NCBI GenBank assembly: GCA_030704615.1
Contig: CM060734.1
Span: forward strand, 36,952,001-37,016,000
Source of the DNA: Takakia lepidozioides
Lineage: Eukaryota; Plantae; Bryophyta
Direction of reading: 5' to 3'
DNA length: 64,000 nt
A model generated the notes under the pieces. The model had not been told where the DNA came from. It worked only from the letters and a program-made list of their open reading frames with translations, and searched no databases. Each line of letters starts with the position of its first letter. The stretch's first letter is position 1. Both the position numbers and the translations under genes were made by a program. Of the stretch, positions 40,301-51,897 are shown piece after piece.

Positions 40301-40827
40301 CGCAACTCACTTTTGAATCCAGCCATTCCTCCCATCGCCCGCAATTTTGGAATGACACTACAAATCTCTTCTTCATCAGCTTCTCCAACCACAGTAGGAA
40401 GGACTGGATTTGGAATTTCACTTATGTCATCATCGGAAGAATCCGAAAGCTCAACGATTGGAGTGGAGGACGTCTGTTCTTTTTTCACCACCACCTCCCT
40501 CTTGTCTTCAACGACCGAAGCAGCAGTCCCGGGCGTCACATATGACCCAAGGGACTTTCGCCGAGGCTCTCCAAGTACTCTGTATCGACCAGGACGCACT
40601 CTCCACTGGCTGATATGAGCCGTCTCATCACGGTTTTGGAAAGAGTATTTCAACAACTTCCCTTTAAGATCGTACACCTCTTTCTCTAAAAAGATGGAGC
40701 CATTCTGCAGCTGAAAACGGGTAGCCAAGACATGTTCCAGAACAATTGCAAATCCATTGTCAAGGACTTCCTGGGAGAACGGCACTGGTTTGTCGTCAGA
40801 GAAGAACTCCGCTTCAGAGGAAGCCAT
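37323..40827 (-). pseudogene. MULE/Mutator-type transposase with N-terminal Cys/His (GCM-like) domain, DDE core and C-terminal SWIM finger; a few stops and frameshifts
   Basis: DGHPW...C.GHL.C.N..C...H...HNHP; MFDHVKRV, FMADSAQAN, CLFHW, CNLTETVH; SWIM CTCPDF...CKHLYF; in-frame stops at 40297 (TGA) and 39259 (TAA); one intron near 38710-38824. Confidence 0.85.
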
Positions 40828-42008
40828 CTTCCTTCCTCGCGTACGTTTGTACCTTGCTATCGCAGATCTAGTGTAAATCGGTTTACTGATGTCTCCAGAA
40901 CACAGTTGAAGAATGAGCAGAGAATATGGCGGAGGAAGCTCAGACAACGACTGTGCATATTATGTTATTCTTTCCAGATATGCAGCCGTCCATTTTAATT
41001 ACTTTTCTTGTGGGCCCAATGGTGAGAGTATCCCTAGGAGCAGTGTCGGCAGCTGTTAAACCGTTAACCAGATCTAAAGGGAACTGAATGTAATAGAGCT
41101 GGAGGGATAAATCTGCAAGGAACCGAATATCATGAAATTATAGCACTCACCAATTTAAGAATAAATGGGAAACAATAGGAAGATGAGAATCTAGAGTACC
41201 GTAGTAGGATAGCCGGTAAAGGCACTTGCCTGCCTAATAATTCTTTTTGAGATTTTTTTTAAAGAAATTAGGCATCTTGGATGTGTAATTTTTTCAACTC
41301 AAAATAATGATCACAAAATGAAAACTCAAAAATATAAAAATACAGCCGCTGCCATGGATCAAAATTTGAAAAACTGAGTGCATAGATGACGTTTAAATGA
41401 ATATCAATAAACCCAAAAACAAAGCCGACTTCCTGGAAGCATGCCACAGGATCTGAGAATGGGATTGCAGATTAAGTAAATGTATCTTTATACTACTACC
41501 AATGATCATGCGCACCTGGAAAGTTTCAAATGTGAAACGAATGTGGGGTTTGGCTAACAAGGATGACCGTGTATGATATTCCAAGATTTGTCATCAAACT
41601 CTCGTTCATTTACATTTATTTGTGTAAGACTGTGCGCCAAGATTTCTGGGATTCGCTGTTATTTTTAAATATTGAAACCGTTCTAATAAAGAACACGCCG
41701 TTTTTTTTGGGCGACACACGTCAAACATCCATAACTGAATACGAACAGCTGTACACCAATTGCTGGCATGTGCACTAATAAGGGAACGACTATGTGTAAC
41801 AGTCACGCGAGAGGGAATCCGATGCTTCTAGATACACGCAAGAACGCAGGCAATCCCGCAAGAAATCGGGAGTCACTGCGTTTTTCTACTTTTCGCGCGT
41901 AGAGGGAGAGTGGTAGTCAAGCTGGAGAGGGTTCCTTCTACAATACAAAAGAGAAGAAAGTCTCTTCATTTTACTTCCCTTAGAGAGAGACGCAGAACAA
42001 GAGAGCAA

Positions 42009-43165
42009 ATGACGAGGCGTCGTTTGTTGGAGAACACAGGGCTAAGGCAGCAGGTGAACGCAGAGACTGATTCAGAAGAGCAGACGGAGACTGAGGCAGC
42101 GGCTGTGACACAGTCGGCGATAAGAGTGCGCCAGCCTGTGGAGGCAGAGATGATTCGCAGGGACACTGAAGGAGGTGGAAGCACGCGGAACGCCGAACCG
42201 GGAGAAGGTCCAGAAACCCTAGAGCAGACAGAAATTCCAGCAGATGTGAGAGGGAAGAGGAAAACTGCAGAAGGGGATCAAATTTCAAAACCTAAGAAGG
42301 TGCCAGTAAGATTTATCTAACTTACATTTCATTGTTGAAGATATGCGTAGAGATTGAGTGGAATGTCCCAGACAGGGATTGTCGCTACCGATTTGATTTC
42401 TACTCCTCTGCGAAGGGTTTACCGCACAATGAGTGGGTGACTATCGGTACAGTCATTCACTGTTGTTCAGATCATACAGTCTGTCTGATTGCCTTTCAAG
42501 GAGTCCTTCCTCTTCCCTTCTTTAGCAGGAACTACTGAATTGCGAGCGTCGTTAACGCCATTCGGTTCTCCTCATGAGATTTATGTACCTATGTGTTTGA
42601 AGAAAGAGTGAGGGCCGGCATACCGTCAATCATCGTTGTTCAGACCATACAGTCTATCTGATTGCCTTTCGAGCAGTCCTTCCTCTTCCCATGCTGGCGA
42701 CGATAATCACAGTGGAGTCAATCTGAATCTGCACTTACTGTCCGACCTAAACTATACTGAATGTCGTTGCCGCCAATCAGTTGCACATAGATGTCATTAC
42801 ACAACACCGATCCGACAGGTCGTTATCTTTTGTGATTGTCGTTAACGCCGTTCGCTATCACTCTCGCTTTTGTTTTGAATACGGCAGTATCAGCTTTGCT
42901 TGTGTAGATTGTGCTGAATTGTTTTACACCATTGATAGTGAGTTTCTTTGAGACAGAGTGATGGTCGTTACCGCCATTCACTATTTGCAAATTACTCAGT
43001 CAGAACTGAATGGCATCGTGCAGAAAATTGTGAGGTCGAAGCCTACAGGATCATAGGGGAAAGGATCTGGAGATGGGGACTAGTCCGCAAAAAGCTCAGA
43101 GAATACAGATGAAGCAATGAATCTGAAGTGCACTACCTTGACAAGGTGGTAAGATGCAAGTAGAA
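42009..43165 (+). pseudogene. 5' exons (42009-42299, 43024-43165) of the MULE cargo gene; acidic/basic low-complexity N-terminus with NLS-like RGKRK and KPKK
   Basis: ATG at 42009, donor AAG|GT at 42300, acceptor GCAG| at 43023; exon 2 is open apart from TAG/TAA codons explainable as C-to-T changes. Confidence 0.55.
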
Positions 43166-43969
43166 CAAAATGAAAAAAACATAGATTGAAATGGCTCTGA
43201 GAACTGCTCCAAGGACCTTTCAGGACCACACGACTGCTCCAGATGTGAATGTCGTCAACGCCATTCAAAACATTCCATTCAATAATACTGTAAATACACC
43301 CTAATCCAGGTGAATGCAAACTATCGTTTTGGAATGACACAGACATAGAAGTGAATGTCGTCAACGACATTCACTAATCAAGCCTAATTATTCCTCAAAT
43401 GAAGCAAAATCACAGGATGGAAATCATAAACTCGAGTAAGGAAGCATCCAGGAAAACTCAATGCACATTCATAACGAACATATCACTAAGGACCTCACAA
43501 CATCACTGTATGTGAATGGCGTCAACGCCATTCACAAAAATACCAAAAAGAAACCAATTACTTAGCTCCCAATCCATTTAAATTCAAATTGTCGCTGTTG
43601 AATAATACAGACACAGAAGTGAATGTCGTCAACGACATTCACTTTGGATTTCTAATAACAGAGCTTATCAAGCCTCCAGATTCCTCGCAAGAGGCAGAAA
43701 ACAATGCAGAACGACTGAATGTCTGCATTGACATTCAGCAAAATGAAGTGAAGAACCCTCACTGTAACCTCTATGGACATTACAAAAATTTACATGACTC
43801 TGAGGACCTCTCAACAACTCCGTATTTGAATGTCGTCAACGCCATTCAAGGACATTATCAATTCTATTCAGATACACTATAATTACACCCTTAGATCCTA
43901 ACCAGGTGAATTCATATACTCGCTTAAGAATGACTCAGACAAAGAAGTGAATGTCGTCAACGACATTCA
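42544..43969. repeat. About 10 dispersed palindromic sites, consensus GTGAATG(T/G)CGT-CA-ACG(A/C)CATTCAC, in introns of the cargo gene
   Basis: Strong copies at 43247, 43351, 43511, 43617, 43826, 43948; degenerate copies at 42544, 42759, 42834, 42958. Confidence 0.9.
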
Positions 43970-44049
43970 ATCTGGATCTATGATTGCAATCCTTATGAAG
44001 CCACATTTTTTCCCAAAAAAAACAGTAGAGTTTCAAGTTTGACATTGCA

Positions 44050-45651
44050 CCTGTACACAACTCGCATCATGGCCCACTCTCCTCCAACCTGATTGTCAAA
44101 GTCGTTGGACCGTAAAATGTTACCATCTTTGGAGAACTCCCGGAAAAAACAGTATCTCCAGGTAAGACCTCTCCACTTCCTTATGTATGCCTCCAATGAC
44201 ATTTGGGGAGGGGAAACAATCGAAATGTTCAGGTCCTTCAAAGTCTGATCCAGTACAATGACGGCGCGCTTTTCGAGCTGCAAATAGTATATTTGTCAGA
44301 ATTGCAAATAAGATACTCATCACATACTTGAAGAGAAGAAAACAACATGTTTGAATACACACCTGACTCCAAAATGTAGCCTTGTGGAGCCAGTTATCAA
44401 ACACCAAATCACTGATTCCTTCCACCTTTGTGCCAGGCTGTATGGTGCTCTTTGGGAACTGATTCAAGTCCTTTACTGTTTGATCTGAGTTCCATATCTC
44501 CAGCCACCTTATTTTTGTTTGTGGGTCGACCATCGATATGGCCAGCCGGTGCAATTTCTCCTGCTGCATCTCCGGATGCACATGCTTGTCATAGTGTGTT
44601 TTGATCTGCTAAAGGAACTCAGGACCAAGTCCAGGATCTACTATTCTAAGCTGCTTTCCGAAGGCGGACATCAATTTGGTTCTTCGCATTTCAAACTCCT
44701 TCTTTATTGCAGCTTCCACACGCTTTGATGTCCTTAGTTCTTCTGGTGTAGTGCGGTAATATTCGGATTTTCTCTTCTCAGCTGCCTCTGCCAGTTCTTG
44801 CTGCATTGATTCAAGTAGTGATTAGCTCCGAAGGGACTACAAACATGTATTCGAAAAGTAAACAGAGTACAGACTCGGGCTTACCGCATACATGTACTCC
44901 AGAAACGCCTCTCGTGTCAAAGAATACCAAGTGCCTGCAGCTCTTCCTGTTTCGCACTTCTTGATGATATTGGGTGGTAGTACTGTCCGAAAATCATCCA
45001 GCTTCATCAGACCAATCCTCTGAATTCGGAATAGTGTGTGAACCAAGCTTGTTGTCACATGCGATTTTTCTGTCGATCTGCAAAAACATTGGAAACATTG
45101 CATTCCTTAACACTGTTTTTTGAGGATTAATAAGACACTACAGAGGGAATGAAATGTCCTGGATGACTTACTTGTTCACGTCGTGCATAGCTGTAAGAAG
45201 CCTAGCGATGTCGTTTCTAGGATCCAAAACCATTGCCTCCACAGCAACATGCTTGTCTTTGTCTTTTGCATGGTGTTTCTGAATGTATCCCATCCATGCC
45301 AGCAATCGGTGGTTGCCGTCCCAGACGTAGAACATGTGGTTGCAGAATTGCTGGGTGTTCTTTCCCATCATGAGGCCCAGCTCGAACTCCTCATTGGCAT
45401 CTTTCCAGCACTCATCCCAGTTATCACTGATCTCTGGAGACACTAATGTGCTTTTCCCATTTATATCCGTCAGTGACACATAAAAAACTTGTGCACCAAG
45501 TCTATATCCATGCACAAAATCACTCTCCAATTTTGTTATGTCATGGGAAAGAGGTGGACGCACAACAGACATTGATATCATCCGGCACAGTGGGATGTCC
45601 AGACGCCCTCCAGATACGAGCATGTCCCTTATAACCTCCTGAGAGTTTACC
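44050..45651 (-). pseudogene. ParB/Sulfiredoxin-like domain and downstream helical region; inverted middle part of the MULE cargo gene
   Basis: IPL.RM....VVRP......I..LE..F..GY...FYVWDGNHRL.AW matches the ParB/Srx (D)G.HR box; exons separated by short GT-AG introns near 45171-45080, 44873-44834 and 44362-44279. Confidence 0.75.
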
Positions 45652-45657
45652 TTCTAG

Positions 45658-47578
45658 AATGACATGAGTTCTGCTTTTGTGGGTTGGGATTTATCTCCTT
45701 TTTTCAGGTACACGAAATATGTGCTTATGGAAGGAAATCACCTGAGCGGAATTCCAGACTATCTTGACATGTGGTCGGACCCTGCAAACGATCCAACCAT
45801 GTATACTGCATGGATATTGGGGGACTGGAGTCCTTCTCACTTCAGAGACTGTGGGTGGTACCTTGACTGCCCACCGGAGCATACGACCTTTCAAGAACAG
45901 CATATGAAATACTTGAACAATAACGCTGAGATGCTGGCGCCTTTGACTGACGAAGAGTACCAATGAAACATAGCAACATTGGCTGCCAAGGAGCCTGATG
46001 CTCAAGGAACGCCGTAGAAGGGAAAGAAGGCGGGCCGCAAACCAAAAGACAAGGCTGTTGATGTCATAGCCATCTCACCAGCAAAGCCAAAGGACAAAGA
46101 CAAGTCCAAAGAGAAGGAAAAGGACAAGGGGAAGGAGAATGAAAAGGAGATGGAGAGTGGGCAGGACTTTACTGCTGGAAGATATACCCGCACTCTTTAG
46201 TGCGTGTTCGATGCCAAGCCACACCCTTCCCGTTCTGATTCAGCAGGAGAGATGAAAATTGTTAATGAGGGTTGGCTTTCGATGATGCAGAGTCGAAAGA
46301 GAGGATACACTAGGGTGCCATCCCCTACCTGGGACAATATAATCTCATTCCTCAATCTGGTGAGAATTCCAGTTTCTTTCCTTTTTCTCTGAAAGTTTCG
46401 TTGGCAGTATTTCAGTCTCGTTCTTTGAAAACATTCTTGCCATCGTTTTTATAAAAAACATGTCTGTTGCAGGTGAGCACAGGTCCCTCCTTCGTGTGCG
46501 GTGTGCAGAAAACTTATGCGGCCGACATTGTCATTCTCGACATCCCGGATGGCCAGGCTGTGCCAGAAGTTCTTCCAAAGGGCAAGACGCCAGGCTGGAA
46601 CAAATTCGAGGACAACTACTGGAGTTGGGTGTTCGGGTTCTGTAACAACTTCCTCTCTGATGCAGGGACACTCCTGCTTTTTCAGTCATGTGACAATGAT
46701 AGTCGTCGGGCATTGGCATCATACCTCAAGTCTTCAGGGTTTGAAGTTTTGCGCACATGGAATTGTGTGAACAGCCTCTACCTTGTGAAAGGGGGTTTCC
46801 CTGGTCAGCTGGTATGCCGTCTCCCTTCTGCTTGTGCTTTCATCATGAGTTTCAATGTTCTCTGCAGCTCCACTCTAGTAGAATGTGTTATGATCGACAC
46901 CGATCATCACCGATTCATGATTTTTTTTGTGTCTGAGTTCTGAATAGCCGATGTACACACTTCCACTATAGATTGTGTTTACCACACTAACCTGCTATCT
47001 TTGGCAGACGAGGATGTTCGAGGCGATCTGCCTGCGGAGGATTCGCACCTCAAAGACATCATCCTCCATCCGCAGCTTTGAGATTTCTGACCAGGGTTGT
47101 TTCATCAACCCCCCCTATGAGCCCCATGTCGATGACATTTTGTACAATTCATGCAGTCCAGTCAGACTCTGAAGAGATCAGATGGCACTCCCTGGAGAGG
47201 TGCAAAGGAAAAGTCCCCAGCGTTCATGCAAATACTGCTGGAGTTATGCAGCCACCGCTCTGCACGGGTGGTCGATCTTTCTGTGTACATGTTCGTTTTT
47301 TCCCTTCCGAATTGGTTTTCTTTCAACAGTTTCATCTGCTTAAATCCCCCCCTCCAACTGTTCATGTTCTCCTGTCTGGTGCAGGAGCAACTTACCATGC
47401 ATGCAAGGCAGGCGGAAGAAGCCTTTTTGGCATGGAGGGTGATTCTGACCTCTACAACACAATGCTCCTCCCCCTTTTGTCTGGCTCCACTTCAGGCACA
47501 CAGACTGATCGGATTCAAATTCGAAATGATGACGATCCCGAAGATAAGCAGGTCGACAACGACTTTTCATGTGAGTAA
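45658..47578 (+). pseudogene. C-terminal part of the cargo gene: Lys-rich linker plus beta-class amino (N4C/N6A) DNA methyltransferase domain
   Basis: Beta-type motif order: ADIVILDIPDG (motif IV, DPPY/DIPY-like), FLSDAGTLLLF, PWRG..EKSP..MQ.LLE.CS.....VVDLS..(intron)..GAT..AC...GR...GME.D (motifs X, I, II). Confidence 0.75.
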
Positions 47579-48463
47579 GTGCTAAACCCTCTTTGGGAGT
47601 CATACTCAATTTCTCAATAACATCAAAGTTACAGTAATAACTTTTTCAGGCTGTCAGCGGTGGATCTTCAGGAGATACAGTCATTTCTGGCGAGTCTGTT
47701 TTCGACAGCCCCCTTTCCAATTTTATGCTTCCTGTTTATGCCGAAGCAATGACACTTCACGCGGCCGAGTCCCTATCCCCTGACTTTTTAGTGGCCAGCC
47801 GTAGGTGTATCCAGCGTGGGTCCGGTGTTCTAAAATACTTAGACTTAGATGCAAAGGAAGCGGGGATACATTGTACTGACTCTGAGTCAGACTGAACTGT
47901 ATTCTTTTAATATTCATTTTCATACTATCTGGAAAACGTTGAATCCCCTTCCTCCACCGTAGTTGTTCCTTTAGAACAAATAATAATCACAGAATCAACT
48001 TTCATTTAAATTGCAATATGTATGAATCCATCTCACAAACCTCCCTGACTCTTCTCATATCCATTGTGCATTCATCTACAGTGTATTCATGCGTGCTCCA
48101 TTCATGAATTTTTTCCTTTGTTCAACATCCATTGTACATTCATCCTCTGTACTCTTTAATCCACCCCACAAACCTTCCACACTCATTTCATATACGTTGT
48201 GCATTCGTCAAAAGTTTTGGTCATGCATCTTCCTGTCATGAATTTTTGTCATTGCTCAACGTCCATTATACATTCATCCATTTTACTCTTATCCATCCCT
48301 CATTCATCCATCTACATTCATTTTTCACACTCATCCATCTGTTTATCATCCAACTGTACATTCATCCATCCTTTATTCAATGCCTTTTATTATGTCGTCC
48401 AGCTTGTTTCCGCGGTAAAGGGTGCCAATCCGCGGGAATACACTCCACTTCTTTCTGGGCGCG

Positions 48464-49136
48464 TGGTGGCCATGGTTACAGGTTTAGCAAGCAAACATCA
48501 CTTGCCTCGTTCTCGACTTATTTTCTTCTCTTTGGCTGAGAGCTAGATTTGCCTGCATCTATTTGCAGGGAGACTGCAGTAGTCCTCAACCTTGATGATC
48601 CGGATGTGTGGACACAAGCATGTGCCCAGCGGACAGAGTTGTTCAAGAGAGTCATGCCTATGGCTTTTGAGAACTTTGCTATTGCCCAACACTGAGACAT
48701 ATTGAGGTACGCCACTATACATGGACGGGGATATCGGCCAGGTGTTCGGCGTTTCCACCTTGGGGACTATATGTATCTGCAGCAGACAACACCAACGACC
48801 TTGGATGTCACAACAGGGCGTGTGATTCTAAGGGTCAGGGAGGTGTTGCCTTCAGGAGTGTTAATTCTGGAGGGTCGAGATGGCATGATATGGAAGGACC
48901 ATGTGCGCAATTGTGCGCCATGTCACCTTCTACATGTGGATGAGATGATAGATCCCAACTTTGCAGTGGTACCTGCAGGGTTGCGTTGCATGCTATGTGG
49001 GCATGCTGGTGGTGCCGCGACCATGTTGGTATATGACAAATGCTCAAGGGGGTGGCACATGGGATGCTTGACACCGCCACTTGAGGAGGTTCCTAGTGGA
49101 GAATGGTTGTGTCCACAATGCCTCGGACATAGGTAG
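48464..49136 (+). pseudogene. Ty3/Gypsy integrase C-terminus plus PHD finger (inverted relative to the rest of the integrase)
   Basis: GYRFSKQ.SLASFS.YFLLFG, F.LGDY.YL, DHVRNCAPCHL, then C.LC......TMLV(Y)DKCSRGWHMGCLTPPLEEVPSGEWLCPQC (PHD). Confidence 0.88.
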
Positions 49137-49393
49137 TGGGCATGACAATTGTGGAGTTGACAAGTGATCGAAGGTCTAGCTGATGGGAGCTCAACGCCAT
49201 GGATACTTAATTGAAGATCATGGATTGTAGGAAGGCAAGTAATGATGGGGCTACTTTTGCACCCGACCTCTTGATCTACTGACTTTAGATACTGGGACAT
49301 GTGCGATTGAAGACCAAGCGATGATCTTATTGAGATGGATACTTATCAGCTATCCGGTGTTAGAGGGACCTAATCACCAGGTACGGGGGCGAT

Positions 49394-49932
49394 TGTGGCA
49401 TAGCCTTCTAGGATTGTGTGCTTAGAATGTATGGTGGACAACGATGTATGTTGTGGCATGATGCTTAGGTGCACAACAGCTGTCATGGTTTTAGTCATGG
49501 TTATCTAGAATTACCTACTTCTAGTTAACTACGATATTTTGGATATTTATATTTGTATTTTGTGTGTTGGAACTTCATTTGGTCTCATATGCCAAGTGAG
49601 GTGTCAAACCTCACTTGGGACATGGGGATGGGTTTTCCCCTTGTGAGTGTGGAGGAGGGCTCATCTTCTTGTAGTTGAGCCTCCATGAGCATCTCTCACC
49701 TCCATAGCTCTAGGTATTGAGAGGGAGTGTGTTGAGGGCTTTGTAGGGTGGATTCCCTTAGCAAGGGTGCCCTTGGCTTGACTTAGTTTATGTGATTGAG
49801 TGGATTCATGAGTGGAGTGTTTCCCTTGTGTTCACTTTCATTATCATTGTGGCATAGCCTTCTAGGATTGTGTGCTTAGAATGTATGGTGGACAACGATG
49901 TATGTTGTGGCATGATGCTTAGGTGCACGACA
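49394..49932 (+). repeat. Probable 3' LTR with A-B-A structure (85-bp direct repeats at 49394-49478 and 49848-49932)
   Basis: Begins TG just after a G-rich tract (GGTACGGGGGCGAT), ends CA, lies about 260 bp after the pol stop; no 5' LTR found. Confidence 0.65.
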
Positions 49933-51291
49933 TGTTCTTGCATATGCACCCTAATGCTGAAAGTCTTATTAGTGTCTCGTGCTATTATATCCTGGTTTTT
50001 GGCATCTGATTGACCATGATAGATCTGCTGTCATGATGGTCATTAGATGAGTAGAATTTATTATGCCTTGCACTTATAATGAGGTGTCTGAGAGTGTTCA
50101 TATTAGTGCATTTTTCTTGAGGATGCAGCTTGTTTTGAAGGGTAGGGTTGATTTTTTCAGTTCGTCGTAGATTTTTGAGTCGTTTTTTGTCTCCTCATAT
50201 TTGAGTGACATGGTCTGTTGGTGTGAAGGGTAATTCCTCACTGATAGGTTCCACAATTATGGCACCAGATTGCACAAACTACCTTAAATCTTGACCAAGA
50301 TTCCCTTTGAATTGAAGAATGTAGTGAAAGGGCACATCTTGGCATGTGCCCTCTTCTGAGACAGTGAAACCCTTTGGTCATGTCGGGAATTGAGGTCTCC
50401 TCCTTACGTGCATGGAATTGTACCACTGAATGGAATGTTGTCGGATGCTGGCTCGGGACAACATTGTGCAGTGCTTTATAAAGCGTGATAGAACAACTTC
50501 CACTTATCAGCTCTTCCTGGGGTTGCCACCTAGTAAGTCCCTGCCTCCTTCTTTGTGGATGTCTCGGGTGGCTGTCCAATAGATTTGTCATTATGAGCAC
50601 TAGTGGTAAGCATGGCCATCTATGTGTGTGCCTTTTTGTTCTAACATGGGTGGTTCCTGTTATGTAGCTTATGTTATGTCATGAGTCTCCCTCCAATTGC
50701 TTTGCCACTAGGCTTCAGTTCCCTCCATTTTTGCAACTTTCCCTCTTTGACTTGACATTTACATTCAGTCACAGAGAGTCTCCAGCCTTTGAAGCAGGAT
50801 GAGCTAGATGGATTCCACTTGTGGTTGGTATGTGGATGGCCGTAGTAGCCATTTCTTAGCTGCTTGCCATGGAACTCAAGTACCCTACTATGGTGGGGAT
50901 CCACGAAGTTTGGAGTTGCATGGGGAGCCATTTGCTAGTCTTAGAATATATGTAAACAGTCGCACTGCAAGGTTGTTGTGCTCAAGTATAGCAAGTGTGT
51001 TACTGGGAAATGCCAGCTATTGAGCATTGTAATTGTCAAAAAGTCTTTGGTAGCCACTGTTAAGTGGTGCTTGAGAAGGTTTGAAGGGGGGCATCTGAAA
51101 CAAGGTTGCTTTGGCAGTGGACGATCATTGGAGTGAAAGAGATAAGAATAAAGGTGTTTGGTCTGTGTTGTGTGCAGGATGGTTGTGCAAGTGTTTAGTA
51201 AATTGGCAGGGCACTGTGCCCTCTTTTGTTTTTGGTTATTGTAGATTATATATATTTTTGATATGGTCTTCCTTGTATGAAATTTGTGCAG

Positions 51292-51421
51292 TCCTAGTTG
51301 AAAATGGGAAGTTCTATTTGGCTGCACGAAAGTTTTGGCGGGCCACCAACACTGACTACATTATTTCCCTTAACGCAGAAGACATGTCACGAGGGAGCAA
51401 TACATATGTGGGAAAACTGCG
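51292..51421 (+). pseudogene. Captured exon of a Tubby-like F-box protein
   Basis: LVENGKFYLAARKFWRATNTDYIISLNAEDMSRGSNTYVGKLR bounded by AG and GTAAG; matches the plant TLP tubby-domain exon. Confidence 0.88.
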
Positions 51422-51539
51422 GTAAGTTACACCCTTTCTCTCTCACTCTTTCTCTGTCCCTTGTATGGATAAACATTTGGTTTCAGATGTAGAACATTGA
51501 CAATATGGGGCTCCACAGAGTAAATCTCCATCAGCTAAG

Positions 51540-51715
51540 GTGCATGGTTGCATCGCCAAAGCTGAAATTGCACCAGATGTGATTCTGAACAATACCCCTC
51601 GTGGACATGTATGCCAAATGTGGGAGCATTGAGGATGTGGAGGGAGTGGTCAACACTATGGCTGAACGAGATGTGGTGTCGTGGAACGCGATGCTTGTAG
51701 GATGTGCACAAAAAG
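51540..51715 (+). pseudogene. PLS-class PPR fragment
   Basis: VHGCI....I.PDV...LVDMYAKCGSIEDV..V.N.MAERDVVSWNAML.GCAQ. Confidence 0.85.
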
Positions 51716-51897
51716 GTGAATGCATGTTGGAAGCAGATGCAAGTCAACATAGGAGCTAGTGTGATAAGTAGGGTTGGGGTGTTTGCTGGAATAATTCTAG
51801 GCTATCATTGTCAGCTGCTAGTAGCAAGACAAGGATGTATGCATGATTTGTGCAGGGGCATGGATAGCTTAAGGAGAAGGGATAGAGTGTGGGTCCA

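Noticed and set aside
38013-40618. Long + strand ORFs (262, 203, 164 aa)
   Set aside because: Antisense shadows of the transposase with no recognisable motifs.
37323-40827. MULE transposase as the cognate enzyme of the CACTA ends
   Set aside because: It lies in its own element with a 10-bp TSD that interrupts the CACTA cargo.
43247-43969. CRISPR-like array of palindromic repeats
   Set aside because: Intervals are long and irregular (about 105-210 bp), the intervening sequences resemble each other, there are no cas genes, and the context is eukaryotic introns.
44050-47578. Bacterial or phage contamination as source of ParB and MTase
   Set aside because: The region has spliceosomal introns and is nested inside TSD-bounded eukaryotic transposons contiguous with plant genes.
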